Source of the DNA: an uncultured archaeon
Lineage (GTDB): Archaea > Asgardarchaeota > Lokiarchaeia > Sigyniarchaeales > SOKP01
Reading direction: 5' to 3'
DNA: 62,311 bases
NCBI GenBank assembly: GCA_964598265.1
Contig: CAZRBD010000003.1
Span: 1 to 62,311 of the forward strand
Made by a program: the position numbers and the translations under genes. Positions 1-10,483 of the stretch are shown one piece after another (within the stretch, counting starts at the first letter, position 1; each line of letters starts with the position of its first letter). Under the pieces are notes generated by a model. It did no database searches. It saw nothing but the letters and a program-made list of their open reading frames with translations, and was not told where the DNA came from.

Positions 1-928
1 ATCCTATAATCGCGCCTAAGCTAATTCCAATGATGATATATACCACAAATTTTAGATTGCTACTGGTTATTTTATAGATTAAGTTATCGTCACTATTTTT
101 AACAATAACATTATCCAATGACCCCCGGGAATTATACGAAAATTCCATAATGTAGGGTTTTTCTCCAAATCTCATAAATGTGATTTTGTTTTCCTGAATG
201 CTAACATTTACACATTCAAGTGCGTTGATAAGTTCAGTAAGATAATTATTAATTGGAGTGACCATCACATATCTATCCAGAATAAAGTGCCATAAAAAAT
301 CATCTCCATTTAAGATTGGCATAAAAAAATTTATTGCTTGCATAGCACTATCATTATTAACCACAGCAGCAAAATTGTTGTAATCGTCTAAAATGTTTTG
401 AAATTCCAAGGGCTCTCGAAAAAGAAAATATGAATATGAAAAAGAGGGACGTATATAATTAGAATAGTTATCAAATGGTTCGGTTCCAAAAGGCCAGAAT
501 GCTAATTGAGGATACCACCCCCAATTATACTCATATGGATAATTATCATAAAAATAATATGAACCAAATCCATATTGCTCAAGAAATGAGGTGTTTATCT
601 TGAACCAGCTAAAAAAAAGCTTACTAATGAGATAATATGTGTTACTACCACCCTCGTATACTCCTAATGCAGTAGTTTTACTTTTGGCTCCAATTATATC
701 TGATTCACCACCAAACCAATCGGTAGGATTTGAAGTTACATTAATGGTATCTTTCCATGCTTCTTCATCGTAATATATCACTTCAAAAATCTGAGATCCT
801 TTTTCTAAAGATATGGTGTAATTAGAATATGATGAAACCAATGGATACAATTCGTAATTTATTATAAAAATGCCGAAAATCACGAGTACTGTAAGTTTTA
901 ATTTTCTTTTTTTTTTAATATTTACCAT
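1..928 (-). CDS. hypothetical membrane-anchored extracellular protein (3' end runs off the window)
   Basis: Absent from the ORF track because it is open to the window edge. My translation from the ATG at 926-928 (MVNIKKKRKLKLTVLVIFGIFIINYELYP...) stays open to base 2. It has an N-terminal signal-anchor helix, a Y/W/N-rich body and a second hydrophobic stretch (VVYIIIGISLGAIIG) at the edge. It is co-directional with, and 58 nt downstream of, the ABC permease gene. Confidence 0.5.
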   Translation of the reverse strand, partial: MVNIKKKRKLKLTVLVIFGIFIINYELYPLVSSYSNYTISLEKGSQIFEVIYYDEEAWKDTINVTSNPTDWFGGESDIIGAKSKTTALGVYEGGSNTYYLISKLFFSWFKINTSFLEQYGFGSYYFYDNYPYEYNWGWYPQLAFWPFGTEPFDNYSNYIRPSFSYSYFLFREPLEFQNILDDYNNFAAVVNNDSAMQAINFFMPILNGDDFLWHFILDRYVMVTPINNYLTELINALECVNVSIQENKITFMRFGEKPYIMEFSYNSRGSLDNVIVKNSDDNLIYKITSSNLKFVVYIIIGISLGAIIG

Positions 929-986
929 TTTCAAAATTATATTATTTTTTTTTCTTTATATTTCTCTACATCTTATTGATTTTATC

Positions 987-1811
987 TTATAATTGTCTTC
1001 TTTTAAACAATAAATATCCTAATAGGAAAAAAACTATCCCATATAATGTTAAAACTATTAATGCTCCTTCCGCAGACGGGAAAAACCAAGTTCGAATAGT
1101 AATATTACCCGATGAATATTCATAATATCTTTCCATAGTGGAGAACTCAGGATAAATTATTTTACTAATAATATTACCAAGGTAAATTAACGAGTAAAGT
1201 GGCTCAATATGAGTAGGCGCAACAAATAAATCGATCATTGAAAAGCCAAATAAGATGAGGGCAATAATAATGACGAGCACGGAACCCGCTGAAGGCATAA
1301 AAGAGCTTAGAAATGTCGTAATGCTAGCTAAGGCTAGGATATATAGAGCAAGATATCCAAAACTAAGAAATAATGAAGGAGGTATGGGCTCAGCATAAAA
1401 ATAAAAACTTAAGAGCGCCATTATGAAATAATGAATAGCTGCAATTCCTATAACTAACATAAAATTTGCAATATATTTCCCTATAATTAAATTATGCTTC
1501 TCAATTAAAGGAAGCAATGTTAAACCCGTTTTCTTTTTATATTCAGTACAAATAATACCTGAAAAAAAGAACCCCGTAGTTAAGAATAGAATCGTCATAA
1601 AAAATGCGATTCCACCTTGATATAAATCAAATTGAGAAGAAGGGAGGGTCGAAGATGAGAAAAAAAAATAAGGAACTATACTAGTTAAAAAGTAAAAAAT
1701 AATGATTATAATTGAAAATATAATAAATTTCTTTTTTTGGAGCTTTACTTCAAACGATATCGAGTGTGAAACCACTTTAAGATTTACCCAAATATTATCT
1801 AATTTTTTCAC
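987..1811 (-). CDS. ABC-2 type transporter permease (multi-pass membrane protein)
   Basis: 274 aa with about 6 hydrophobic helices. It starts 21 nt downstream of an ABC ATPase gene on the same strand. Confidence 0.6.
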   Translation of the reverse strand: MKKLDNIWVNLKVVSHSISFEVKLQKKKFIIFSIIIIIFYFLTSIVPYFFFSSSTLPSSQFDLYQGGIAFFMTILFLTTGFFFSGIICTEYKKKTGLTLLPLIEKHNLIIGKYIANFMLVIGIAAIHYFIMALLSFYFYAEPIPPSLFLSFGYLALYILALASITTFLSSFMPSAGSVLVIIIALILFGFSMIDLFVAPTHIEPLYSLIYLGNIISKIIYPEFSTMERYYEYSSGNITIRTWFFPSAEGALIVLTLYGIVFFLLGYLLFKRRQL

Positions 1812-1832
1812 TTATTATAACCTCATTTAATC

Positions 1833-2855
1833 TCATTTTAGTTTTTTGTTAGTTTCTTTTATCATCTGATTATATAGACTTTCTAACTGAGAAATCTTTG
1901 GTTCGTAAAAAGAACTTATTGTAAGATCAGATTCGAATTCTGTAGACAAAATGTTTAAAATTTTACTTCTTGAAGTTTGTTTACCATCATAGCAAATTGT
2001 AAAGAAATTTTTCTGGTGATTATAAGTAATCGAACCTTCAAAATTGGGATGGTCCACTTTTGGTTCCAAAAATGGTTCTAATTGACGGGTCAATTTAAAT
2101 ATTAAATTTTTTACTATTTCTAATGGAATTGGATTAATAATTTCACAAATTAATTCCTTGGTTTTGAAATCCCGCTCCAAATTATCAATAGTATCAAATC
2201 CAATCAAAACACCTCGATTTATTAGAGCAATCTTATCACATACTTCTCTTAGCTCAGTTAATAAATGAGACGATAAAAGAATAGTTTTCCCCTCATTTTG
2301 AAGCGATTTAAGATATTCTCTTATTTTTATACGAGCATTTGGATCTAAGCCCGTTTGAGGCTCATCAAGAATAATAAGCTCTGGGTCGTGAATTATCGCA
2401 ATCATAAAACCCAATTTCTGTATCATTCCTTTTGAAAATATTTTTAACTTCTTATATTTCCACTTATATAAATCGAAGTTTTTTAAGAGATTATCAATTC
2501 TAAGTTTTATTTTGTTCCTTGGATAATTCCTAATGTTCGCAATATGTCTTAATAAGTAATATGGGGTTGTGTTATAAAAGTGAGGAATATCGATTAAAAA
2601 TCCCATTTCGATTAAATGTTTTGAATTTTTATGAATGTTCTGTAATTCACAATCAATGTTTTTAATAAAAACGCTTCCAGAATTGGGTCTAATCAAGCGA
2701 GCTATTAGTTTAAGCAATGTAGTCTTTCCTGCACCATTTGGTCCCACTAATCCGATAATTTCGCCTTTTCGTACTGCAAAGCTTACATTATCTAGGGCTA
2801 GAAAACTACCATACTTCTTGCTTAAGTTGTTTAATTTTATAACGGTTTCACTCAT
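1833..2855 (-). CDS. ABC transporter ATP-binding protein
   Basis: Walker A GPNGAGKTTL, ABC signature-like FSKGMIQKLGF and Walker B LIILDEP, plus a C-terminal accessory domain. Confidence 0.9.
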   Translation of the reverse strand: MSETVIKLNNLSKKYGSFLALDNVSFAVRKGEIIGLVGPNGAGKTTLLKLIARLIRPNSGSVFIKNIDCELQNIHKNSKHLIEMGFLIDIPHFYNTTPYYLLRHIANIRNYPRNKIKLRIDNLLKNFDLYKWKYKKLKIFSKGMIQKLGFMIAIIHDPELIILDEPQTGLDPNARIKIREYLKSLQNEGKTILLSSHLLTELREVCDKIALINRGVLIGFDTIDNLERDFKTKELICEIINPIPLEIVKNLIFKLTRQLEPFLEPKVDHPNFEGSITYNHQKNFFTICYDGKQTSRSKILNILSTEFESDLTISSFYEPKISQLESLYNQMIKETNKKLK

Positions 2856-2903
2856 TGTCTCTCTTATTATCCTTTTTGTTTTATTTGGAAGAAAAATATA
2901 GAG

Positions 2904-3830
2904 TTAGAAATTTTTCCCTCTTAGTGTACTTGTATCTGGTATTGAAGATATAAAATGTGGCTCTTTGAAGATTTTATTATAACTAAATAAAAGATTGTCG
3001 TCTATCGTATAACATTCTCTACCTGTTTTGTCTTTAGTTTTTTTAATAATATTTAAGTCCTTAATTTTTTTAAGGTAATAATGAATTTTATGAACGGGTT
3101 CATTAAGGACATTTCCTAATTGAATTCCAGATATATAATTATTTTTGGAAATCTCTTTAATTAAACTTGGTATCAGTGGATTTAAGAACAGAGCTTTCAA
3201 TTCATCATGATTCGGGGGGATATCCACTAAAAAAAAATGAAGTATTTTCCCAATTTTATGTGCTCTTATAATTTTATATCGTAATAATGTTATTACACGC
3301 TTTATAAAAGGATTTCGTGAAATTCCTAATTTTTCTACGATTTTATTGTCTGATGAATGAATTCCAGGGTTATTTCTAATAATTTCAATCACTTTTTTGT
3401 AATTATCATCATTAAGAATTTCTAACTTAGTTCTTCTACCCTCAGATACAATCCAACATTCCTTTTCTAAATTTCGAATAGCTAAGAATATTTTCTCTCT
3501 GCTGTATTTCTTGCTATAGTGTAATTTGCTAACACAACTGGAATATAATTTTCCAATTATAGGATATATTTCTATATCTGAGTTATTTTTGACAGAAAAT
3601 TTAGTGTCATATTTTTTTAATTTAAATATTTCTTTTGCAATATTCAATACATCTTTTTCGATTTCAGACAAATTATCAATTGATTCTAAGCTTTTTGTGC
3701 CTGTCTTTTTTTTATTATTAGCGGATAATAGAGAAATTTGCTTTTTTTTGATTGAAACATTATCCACTAACATCTCTCTTTTTTGCTTTTTTATAGGTCT
3801 TTTTTTAATATTCCTTTCTAATGACATCAA
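2904..3830 (-). CDS. winged-helix DNA-binding domain protein (two wHTH-like segments)
   Basis: IIRNNPGIHSSDNKIVEKLGISRNPFIKRVITLLRYKII resembles ArsR/TrmB-like wHTH. The same NPGIH motif occurs in the ORF at 6290-6733. A second wHTH-like stretch lies near the C-terminus. Confidence 0.5.
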   Translation of the reverse strand: MMSLERNIKKRPIKKQKREMLVDNVSIKKKQISLLSANNKKKTGTKSLESIDNLSEIEKDVLNIAKEIFKLKKYDTKFSVKNNSDIEIYPIIGKLYSSCVSKLHYSKKYSREKIFLAIRNLEKECWIVSEGRRTKLEILNDDNYKKVIEIIRNNPGIHSSDNKIVEKLGISRNPFIKRVITLLRYKIIRAHKIGKILHFFLVDIPPNHDELKALFLNPLIPSLIKEISKNNYISGIQLGNVLNEPVHKIHYYLKKIKDLNIIKKTKDKTGRECYTIDDNLLFSYNKIFKEPHFISSIPDTSTLRGKNF

Positions 3831-3852
3831 AACACTGCTTTTTTCTTGGTTT

Positions 3853-5511
3853 TTAATTTTTATATAAATGTACCAATAATTCTAAGAGATACCCTTGCTC
3901 TTTACTCGTTAAAAAAGCTAAATCCTTCAGAAAGTCGATCTTTTCTTCCCTTGAGATGTTTAATTTATCTATCTCATTTCTTGTTTGCTTAGAAACAACA
4001 ACAAATCTTTCTAATAAATATTTTTTCACTATTTTTTTATCTTTTTTCTCCTTAAGGATTGAAAGGTCTTCAAGAAATTCTAAATCAAATTCTCTCATGT
4101 TCTCCCCTTCCTTAAGCTTCTCTCCAATAGGTTCCTCCAATTTAGCTCTCTTTTCAACAATCTCCTCGGGTTTTAAAGTTATTTTATCTGGTGAACGTTT
4201 CTGAACAGCCTTTTGCATTGGCAATTCTTCTAAACCATTCTTTCTCTCGACTAAGAGAGCCACACATTTTGGACAAAATTTCCTATGATTTTTCATTTTA
4301 GAACCACAATTATGGCAATTATGATTTTTGGGAGGAAGATATTGCCTTAAGATCTGTTCATTTTTAATAATTTTAATAGTCAGGTATAAAATGCTTACAT
4401 CTAAAAGTAGGAGTAATACGAAATGCAAATTCAATCCAAAATAAGGATTTGGAGTATATTGATTGAATATGAATAACAATACCATTATACAATTATAAAA
4501 TATTGCTTGCACTATAGAATTTACTTTTAAAAACCGATATCCAAGCAATCTAACTTTCAATAATATAATAAAACCAATACTAAAATAAAGGATTTCAATA
4601 ATAAGATAAATAAAAAAAAAGAGTGAAATTTGATATACGAAAAAAAATAAATGATGTGTGATTGAGTAGTAAAAATTTACTAAAATAAAATTCACATACA
4701 TGGTAGCGATTAAAATTTTAAGTGCTTTTTTCTCATTTCCATTCGAACTCAAATTATTTCCCTGGGAATAGGGATAAAGCAATTTCCTTAATAAAACTTG
4801 ACCAATCGTATTTATCATTAAAGGTTGATGTCGATATTCTCTATTCCTTAATAATTTAATTGCTCTAATGGTCTCAAAGATCCCAAGTCCTAAAATAATG
4901 ATAAAAATGATATATCCAGTGAAATTGACTTGAATTATTTTGTAGAATAATCCTTGTATGAATGTTAGAAAATAAATTATTAAAATGAAATTCATGAAGA
5001 TAAATCCTATCAAAATTTTTTGAGCTTCCTTTTCATTTTCCTTGGAATTTAAGTTTTCTTCTTTAAATTTGGCTTTTTGTTTGAATTTTACGATTTTAAT
5101 AGAAACAGGAGCACCACATTCAGGACAATTTCTCCAATTATTTTTTATTTTAATACCACAATTATGACATCTATGATTTTTGGAAGAAAGATATTGCTTT
5201 AAGATTTGTTTATTTTTTATGATTTTAATATTCAAATATATAATAAATATATTTAAAAGTAGGAATAATAATACAAATACAATAACTTGAACGATAAAGA
5301 ACGACATATACAGTATCCAATTATATAAGATTGCTTGAACTTTAGAATTTAGATTAAAAGATCGATATCCAAGCAACTTGGCTTTCAATAAATAAATAAA
5401 ACCAATATTAAAATAAAGGACTTCAATAACAAAAAACAGAAAAATACCTATGCCACCAGCTGTGAGTAAAGGAGTGAACAAAAGAAAATAAAGTGTTAAA
5501 ATGAAATTCAT
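3853..5511 (-). CDS. internally repeated zinc-ribbon / multi-TM membrane protein
   Basis: Two CHNCG...CP(E/K)C zinc ribbons each follow a block of TM helices. The linker EENLNSKENEK(E/V)AQ recurs. The reading frame stays open upstream to 5736 and encodes a third ribbon (see findings). Confidence 0.6.
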   Translation of the reverse strand: MNFILTLYFLLFTPLLTAGGIGIFLFFVIEVLYFNIGFIYLLKAKLLGYRSFNLNSKVQAILYNWILYMSFFIVQVIVFVLLFLLLNIFIIYLNIKIIKNKQILKQYLSSKNHRCHNCGIKIKNNWRNCPECGAPVSIKIVKFKQKAKFKEENLNSKENEKEAQKILIGFIFMNFILIIYFLTFIQGLFYKIIQVNFTGYIIFIIILGLGIFETIRAIKLLRNREYRHQPLMINTIGQVLLRKLLYPYSQGNNLSSNGNEKKALKILIATMYVNFILVNFYYSITHHLFFFVYQISLFFFIYLIIEILYFSIGFIILLKVRLLGYRFLKVNSIVQAIFYNCIMVLLFIFNQYTPNPYFGLNLHFVLLLLLDVSILYLTIKIIKNEQILRQYLPPKNHNCHNCGSKMKNHRKFCPKCVALLVERKNGLEELPMQKAVQKRSPDKITLKPEEIVEKRAKLEEPIGEKLKEGENMREFDLEFLEDLSILKEKKDKKIVKKYLLERFVVVSKQTRNEIDKLNISREEKIDFLKDLAFLTSKEQGYLLELLVHLYKN

Positions 5512-6289
5512 GAGGATAAATTCTTTTATAATTCTTTGGGCAACTTTTTCATTTTCCTTGGAATTTAAGTTTTCTTCTCTTAATTTGGGTTTTGGTTTTA
5601 ATTTTCCGAGTTCAAGAGAAATTGGAGCACCACATCTTTCACAATAGACTTGATTTCCATTTTCCAGGTATTTATTTAATTCATCAGGAAAAAAGTGCCC
5701 ACATTCATTACAGGTATATTTAATTGGCAGTTTTAATTACACCTATTTTTATCTTTCATGTTTTTTAAATTGCAATTTCTATCTCTGATCGATTAATTAT
5801 CTTCATTATTTATAAAAATTAAGGAGTCAGATTTTCAAATGTCATATCTTTAAAGAGTATCATTTAATGCCAAGAATTATAATTGTTATAAATAAGTTCA
5901 GGAAATTTACGTTAAATAAAATTTTAAATGATCTACTTAATAAACTGTCTTAATGTGGTAAAGACTTTTTAGAGTATGCTAATAAAGTATCTTTTTCATT
6001 CTCAAAAAAATAAGAAATACTAAACTAGAAAGAAAAGTCAATTACTTTTATGTGTTAAGGTCATTATTATTATATTTATGTTGATAGCAACTACTATTAC
6101 CTTTATATCAATCCCACATGGCGGGGTGGCAGATTTCTATGAAACTTCAAGAGGTGTTTCTTTAAATTAAGTTCGAAAACTACACCTCAAACATTTTTAA
6201 ATAGATTTTATTTATATTTAATGAATAAAGTTAAAGTATTTTTTTGTTTCCAACCATAAAATTGAAAAAAACGAACTCTAATAATAAAA

Positions 6290-6733
6290 ATGAGAAATAA
6301 TAAACTAGATAGACAAATCAATGTAATAAAATCATTAATTATAATTTTTACATTAATCTTATTAATACTTGTATTAATTCTGGCTTTTTATAAGGAGCCA
6401 TCATCTACTGGAGGAGGAGCATCCGCATCCGCATCCGGAATAAGTATCATTTTTCTTCTAATAGTAGCGATTTTATTAATATCAACTCTAACAATACTTA
6501 CGTTAAAGGAGTATAGAAGCTATATCATAAGAAGAAGTTATATCCAAAAAGGGAATTCTTATTTAACCAGCACTGATATCTTTGAAAATGAAAACCGTGT
6601 AAATATAATAAACCAAATACTGAAGAATCCCGGAATTCATCATAATGAATTGCTACGAAACTGTGATTTACAAACTGGACAACTACAATGGCATTTGGGA
6701 GTTTTGTTAAAATATAATGTGCAACCACGATAA
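6290..6733 (+). CDS. membrane-anchored wHTH regulator, apparently 3'-truncated
   Basis: N-terminal TM helices followed by NQILKNPGIHHNELLRNCDLQTGQLQWHLGVLLKYN (HTH plus recognition helix). The ORF stops inside the expected wing, and its last codons are repeat-derived DNA. Confidence 0.5.
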   Translation: MRNNKLDRQINVIKSLIIIFTLILLILVLILAFYKEPSSTGGGASASASGISIIFLLIVAILLISTLTILTLKEYRSYIIRRSYIQKGNSYLTSTDIFENENRVNIINQILKNPGIHHNELLRNCDLQTGQLQWHLGVLLKYNVQPR

Positions 6734-7227
6734 AATAATGCAATCCATCAGTATATCCACTTAACCTTAAGCTTAATGATTATTTCACTTGCCAAGGTGG
6801 TTAAGCTCCCGTTAATCTCCGAAATGTAACTTGAATGATGATAGACCGAATAATTATTTGCTCCCGAAGACAGTGTCCAAATAAGATGGAAGACTCCGTC
6901 ATTGTCGGGATTTACCGCATTGGAATATACCGTGAAATCTCCTGGCGTTAATCCCACCACCACGGTAATGCAATTTAAGAGAACATCATCTTGATCATAA
7001 TGCGCCTCCACGATAAAATAATAAGTTCCGTCTGCATATTCACTTAACCCTAAGCTTAAATCGGTAATTTCACTTGCCAAGAGGGTTAAGCTCCCATTAA
7101 TCTCTGAAATGTAACTTGAATGACGATAGATCGAATAATTTCTTGCTCCCGGAGACTCTGTCCAAGTAAGATCGAAGGTTCCGTCATTATCGGGATTTCC
7201 CGCATTGGAATATAACACGAGATCTCC
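6716..7227. repeat. tandem direct repeat, period about 285 bp, second copy truncated and indel-bearing
   Basis: DNA near 6725-6850 (cacgataaaataatg...cacttaaccttaagcttaa...cacttgccaaggtggttaagctcccgttaatctccgaaatgtaacttgaatga) aligns with 7008-7135 (cacgataaaataata...cacttaaccctaagcttaaa...cacttgccaagagggttaagctcccattaatctctgaaatgtaacttgaatga). Confidence 0.7.
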
Positions 7228-7281
7228 CCCATCTGTAATAGTCCAGGAAAAATTAATGACAAACGAATAAATGTAAGTCAA
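6748..7281 (-). pseudogene. fragment of a secreted repeat protein (two about 95-aa FN3/Ig-like repeats), lacking a signal peptide and with a decayed 3' repeat
   Basis: Repeat 1 reads GDLVLYSNAGNPDNDGTFDLTWTESPGARNYSIYRHSSYISEINGSLTLLASEI... and repeat 2 reads GDFTVYSNAVNPDNDGVFHLIWTLSSGANNYSVYHHSSYISEINGSLTTLASEI.... Repeat 2 loses frame, and its continuation HYFIVVAHY appears in another frame (ORF 6525-6743). Confidence 0.45.
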
Positions 7282-7740
7282 GGGGGGTTAGAATTTTTCC
7301 TTTAAATAAAATCAAAGAGCAGATTCAATCACTTTTTTGGACTAACATAGCTCCCATTCAAATTTTTCTTTTAAATGTGATTGGTATACCATTATTAAAT
7401 TCGATACGCTCAATACGGCTCAGATGATTATCATATCTCATGAAAGATCATTGGATTCCTTTATAACGGACATTTTTACGTTTAATTAAAAAAGCAAATC
7501 ATCAAACAAGAGTGGTCAAAGAAACAATATAGTGGAAATTTAAATTTTAGAAAGAAATTTAGTGCTATTGATATAACACTAAAAAAATCTACTTTTAATT
7601 TTTCTAACAAAAAACATTTGGCGTACGAATAAGTAAATGAACACAATAAAACTAATTTTTTGATACGGAAAGATAATAAATTTACAGTAATTATTTCTAA
7701 TAAGCGTTTAATTGAATTTTGATTATTATTATTGGTATGA

Positions 7741-9351
7741 ATGTTTATGGAATTAAAGAATTACAAAGTTTTGGTATCGGATGGTTTAGCTCAAGAGGGA
7801 GTTGAGATATTAAAGAGATTCAAAAATTTTGACATCACAATTAATGATAAAACAAGTAGAGAAGAACTTCTTGAAATTATAGAGCAATTCGATGGAATTA
7901 TCGTTAGGAGTGCTACTAAAATCACTCCAGATATAATTAGAGCGGGAAAAAAATTGAAGGTTATTGTTCGAGCTGGTACGGGTTATGATAACATTAATAT
8001 TGAAGAATGTAATAAACATGGAATTGTTGTTTTAATAACTCCAGTAGGCAATACTAATGCAGTAGTTGAGCTGACAATTGGTTTAATGCTGAATTTTGCG
8101 CGAAATATTTATAAAGCGAACGCTTCTATGCGGGAAGGTAGATGGGATAAAAAATTATTAAGAGGTTCTGAATTACAAGGGAAAACTATAGGTGTTATTG
8201 GATTAGGGAATATTGGAGCCGCTGTGGTAAAAAAATGTCAATCATTTAACATGAATGTCGTGGCTTTCGATAGGTTTGTTCCAAAGAAACGGGGTCAGGA
8301 TTTAGGTGCTGAGTTATTAGATAATTTTGACGATTTTTTAGCTCGATCAGATTATATTACGATTCACGTTCCTTTAACCGCCCAAACAAAAGATTTAATT
8401 AGTTATTCTGAGATAGAAAAAATGAAATCTACTGCGATCATTGTTAATGTTGCTCGTGGAGGAGTCGTAAATGAACAAGCACTATATAAAGCTCTAAAAA
8501 ACAACAAAATTGGAGGAGCTTGTATTGATGTTTTTTCTAAAGAACCAGTTGATCCTAAAGACGTACCATTTATCGAATTAGATAATTGTATTACAACACC
8601 TCATTTAGGGGCTAACACTTATGAGGCTCAAATTGAAGTAGCGAAATTAGCAGCGGAAAGGATAGTCCAAGCTCTTAATTCCAAAATATTCATAGATGCA
8701 GTTAATATTTCCTTCAACATGTCAGAAGAATTGGCTGATTTATATAGGCCTTATATAGAATTAGGCGTTTCTTTAAGTAAATTCATCACACAGTTTAACC
8801 TATCAAAAATCACTAGTGTGAAAATTAAATACAAAGGAGAGATATTTACTAACTTTGAACCAATTAAAGCTGTGATATTGCAATCTCTTTTTGATGGTAG
8901 GTTAATAGATGTTATAACTTATATTAATTTAGAAGAGATTTTAAAAGAAAATGACATTAAAATTGTTTTAGAAAAATTTGAAAAGCCCATTAATTTTGAA
9001 AATTATATAAAAATTTACATCAGGACTGAAGATGGATCCTCAACTAAAATTGCGGGTACTGTTTTTTCAGATCGCCCAAAAATAGTCGAAATAAACGAAT
9101 TTTTTTTTGATCTCGCCCCCACAAATTACATGCTCGTACTTAAAAATAAAGATGTACCAGGAGTCATTGGAAGTATCGGAACATTCTTAGGAAATAAAGG
9201 GATTAATATAGCAGGCTTACAGTGTGGTCGAAAAAAAATGGGAGATATAGCCATTTCCATAGTTACCTTAGACGATCCCGTATCTAAAGAAGATATTAAC
9301 GAATTGAAAAAGTTTGATAATATTATTGATGCTCATGGTATAATTCTCTAA
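7741..9351 (+). CDS. serA: D-3-phosphoglycerate dehydrogenase (long form with C-terminal ACT domain)
   Basis: 2-hydroxyacid dehydrogenase fold with NAD motif GVIGLGNIGAAV and catalytic-region motifs NVARGG and PHLGA. The C-terminal part (VPGVIGSIGTFLGNKGINIAG) is ACT-like. 536 aa. Confidence 0.9.
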   Translation: MFMELKNYKVLVSDGLAQEGVEILKRFKNFDITINDKTSREELLEIIEQFDGIIVRSATKITPDIIRAGKKLKVIVRAGTGYDNINIEECNKHGIVVLITPVGNTNAVVELTIGLMLNFARNIYKANASMREGRWDKKLLRGSELQGKTIGVIGLGNIGAAVVKKCQSFNMNVVAFDRFVPKKRGQDLGAELLDNFDDFLARSDYITIHVPLTAQTKDLISYSEIEKMKSTAIIVNVARGGVVNEQALYKALKNNKIGGACIDVFSKEPVDPKDVPFIELDNCITTPHLGANTYEAQIEVAKLAAERIVQALNSKIFIDAVNISFNMSEELADLYRPYIELGVSLSKFITQFNLSKITSVKIKYKGEIFTNFEPIKAVILQSLFDGRLIDVITYINLEEILKENDIKIVLEKFEKPINFENYIKIYIRTEDGSSTKIAGTVFSDRPKIVEINEFFFDLAPTNYMLVLKNKDVPGVIGSIGTFLGNKGINIAGLQCGRKKMGDIAISIVTLDDPVSKEDINELKKFDNIIDAHGIIL

Positions 9352-9391
9352 TTTCTGGCGTTATATAAAACCTAAAACTCTGAAAAACCCC

Positions 9392-10456
9392 CTATTTTTT
9401 TAGCATGGATATCAACTTTTTAACTATTAAGTTACCCATTTCCCTCGTTGTTAGCGTTTTAAAAGCTTTATTTTTAATATCTATGGTTCTTCCTTCGTTG
9501 AGAGCTTCTTCCACAGAATTATCAATTAAATTTCCAATTTCTGGTGAATTGAATGATTCCTGCATCATTAATTTTACACTTAAAATAGTACCTATTGGAT
9601 TTGCTATATTTTTACCAGCTATGTCTGGGGCAGATCCGTGTATAGGTTCATACATTGAAACTTTTCCTGGATTAATATTTCCACTGGATGCCATTCCTAA
9701 ACTGCCAATGAGGAAGGCACCTTCATCACTAATGATGTCACCAAACATATTCCCTGTAACAACAGTTTGGAAAGAATAAGGAGCACGAATAAGCCATTGG
9801 CAAAAACTATCGATATAAATATCCTCTTTCTGTAAATCAGGATAATTATTTCCAATTATGTGAAAGATTTTACGCCAAAATTGACTTGGTTTTAACACAT
9901 TTGCTTTATCTACTGATGTAATTTTCTTATGTCCCTCATTCTTCGCAAATTCATAAGCATATCGTATAATTCGTTCACACCCTTTTTTAGTGTAAAGCAT
10001 TATACTTTGCGCTCTCTCTTTTGATATTTCTCCTATATCCTTATATATTCCTTCAGTATTTTCTCTTACAAAGGTGATATCAATACCTTTCCCTATAAAT
10101 TCGTCTTTAAGTGGGCATCTATCTCTTAGACTATCATATAACTTAATTGGTCTTAAATTCACATACAAATCTAATTCCTGCCTTATCTTTAAGATTGCTG
10201 ATTCAGCAACTCCGGGCGGTAAATCAGGAAGTCCAATAGCACCAAATAATAATGAATCAGAATTTTTAATAACATCAAATGACTTCTCTGGAAGGTTACT
10301 CCCATATTTTTTCCATATTTTCCCTCCAGCGGGAGCGTCTTTAAATTCGAAATCGAATTCAGTATAATCAGAAATAGTTTTTAATATCTTTAGACCTTCT
10401 TCTACTACTTCTGGACCACATCCATCACCACGGGTGATTGCTATAGTTTTCTTCAT
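9392..10456 (-). CDS. leuB: 3-isopropylmalate dehydrogenase (isocitrate/isopropylmalate dehydrogenase family)
   Basis: IAITRGDGCGPEV near the N-terminus and NMFGDIISDEGAFLIGSLGMASS, followed by HGSAPDIAGKNIANP. It lies in a cluster with leuD, leuC and leuA. Confidence 0.85.
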   Translation of the reverse strand: MKKTIAITRGDGCGPEVVEEGLKILKTISDYTEFDFEFKDAPAGGKIWKKYGSNLPEKSFDVIKNSDSLLFGAIGLPDLPPGVAESAILKIRQELDLYVNLRPIKLYDSLRDRCPLKDEFIGKGIDITFVRENTEGIYKDIGEISKERAQSIMLYTKKGCERIIRYAYEFAKNEGHKKITSVDKANVLKPSQFWRKIFHIIGNNYPDLQKEDIYIDSFCQWLIRAPYSFQTVVTGNMFGDIISDEGAFLIGSLGMASSGNINPGKVSMYEPIHGSAPDIAGKNIANPIGTILSVKLMMQESFNSPEIGNLIDNSVEEALNEGRTIDIKNKAFKTLTTREMGNLIVKKLISMLKK

Positions 10457-10483
10457 GGTAATTCCTCTTCAGAACTAATTATA

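Noticed and set aside
2635-3867. + strand ORFs 2635-2901 and 3526-3867
   Set aside because: They are antisense to the ABC ATPase and the wHTH gene. The first mirrors the Walker A region on the opposite strand.
6100-6200. Possible tRNA, suggested by GCGGGGTGGCAG and a nearby GTTCGAA
   Set aside because: I could not build a cloverleaf. There is no matching acceptor 3' strand, no proper T-arm (GGTTCGAATCC-type) spacing and no anticodon arm. It is kept only as a possible small-RNA-like motif.
6525-6743. 72-aa minus-strand ORF as an independent gene
   Set aside because: Its first residues (HYFIVVAHY) are the out-of-frame continuation of the decayed second tandem repeat. The rest is antisense to the wHTH gene.
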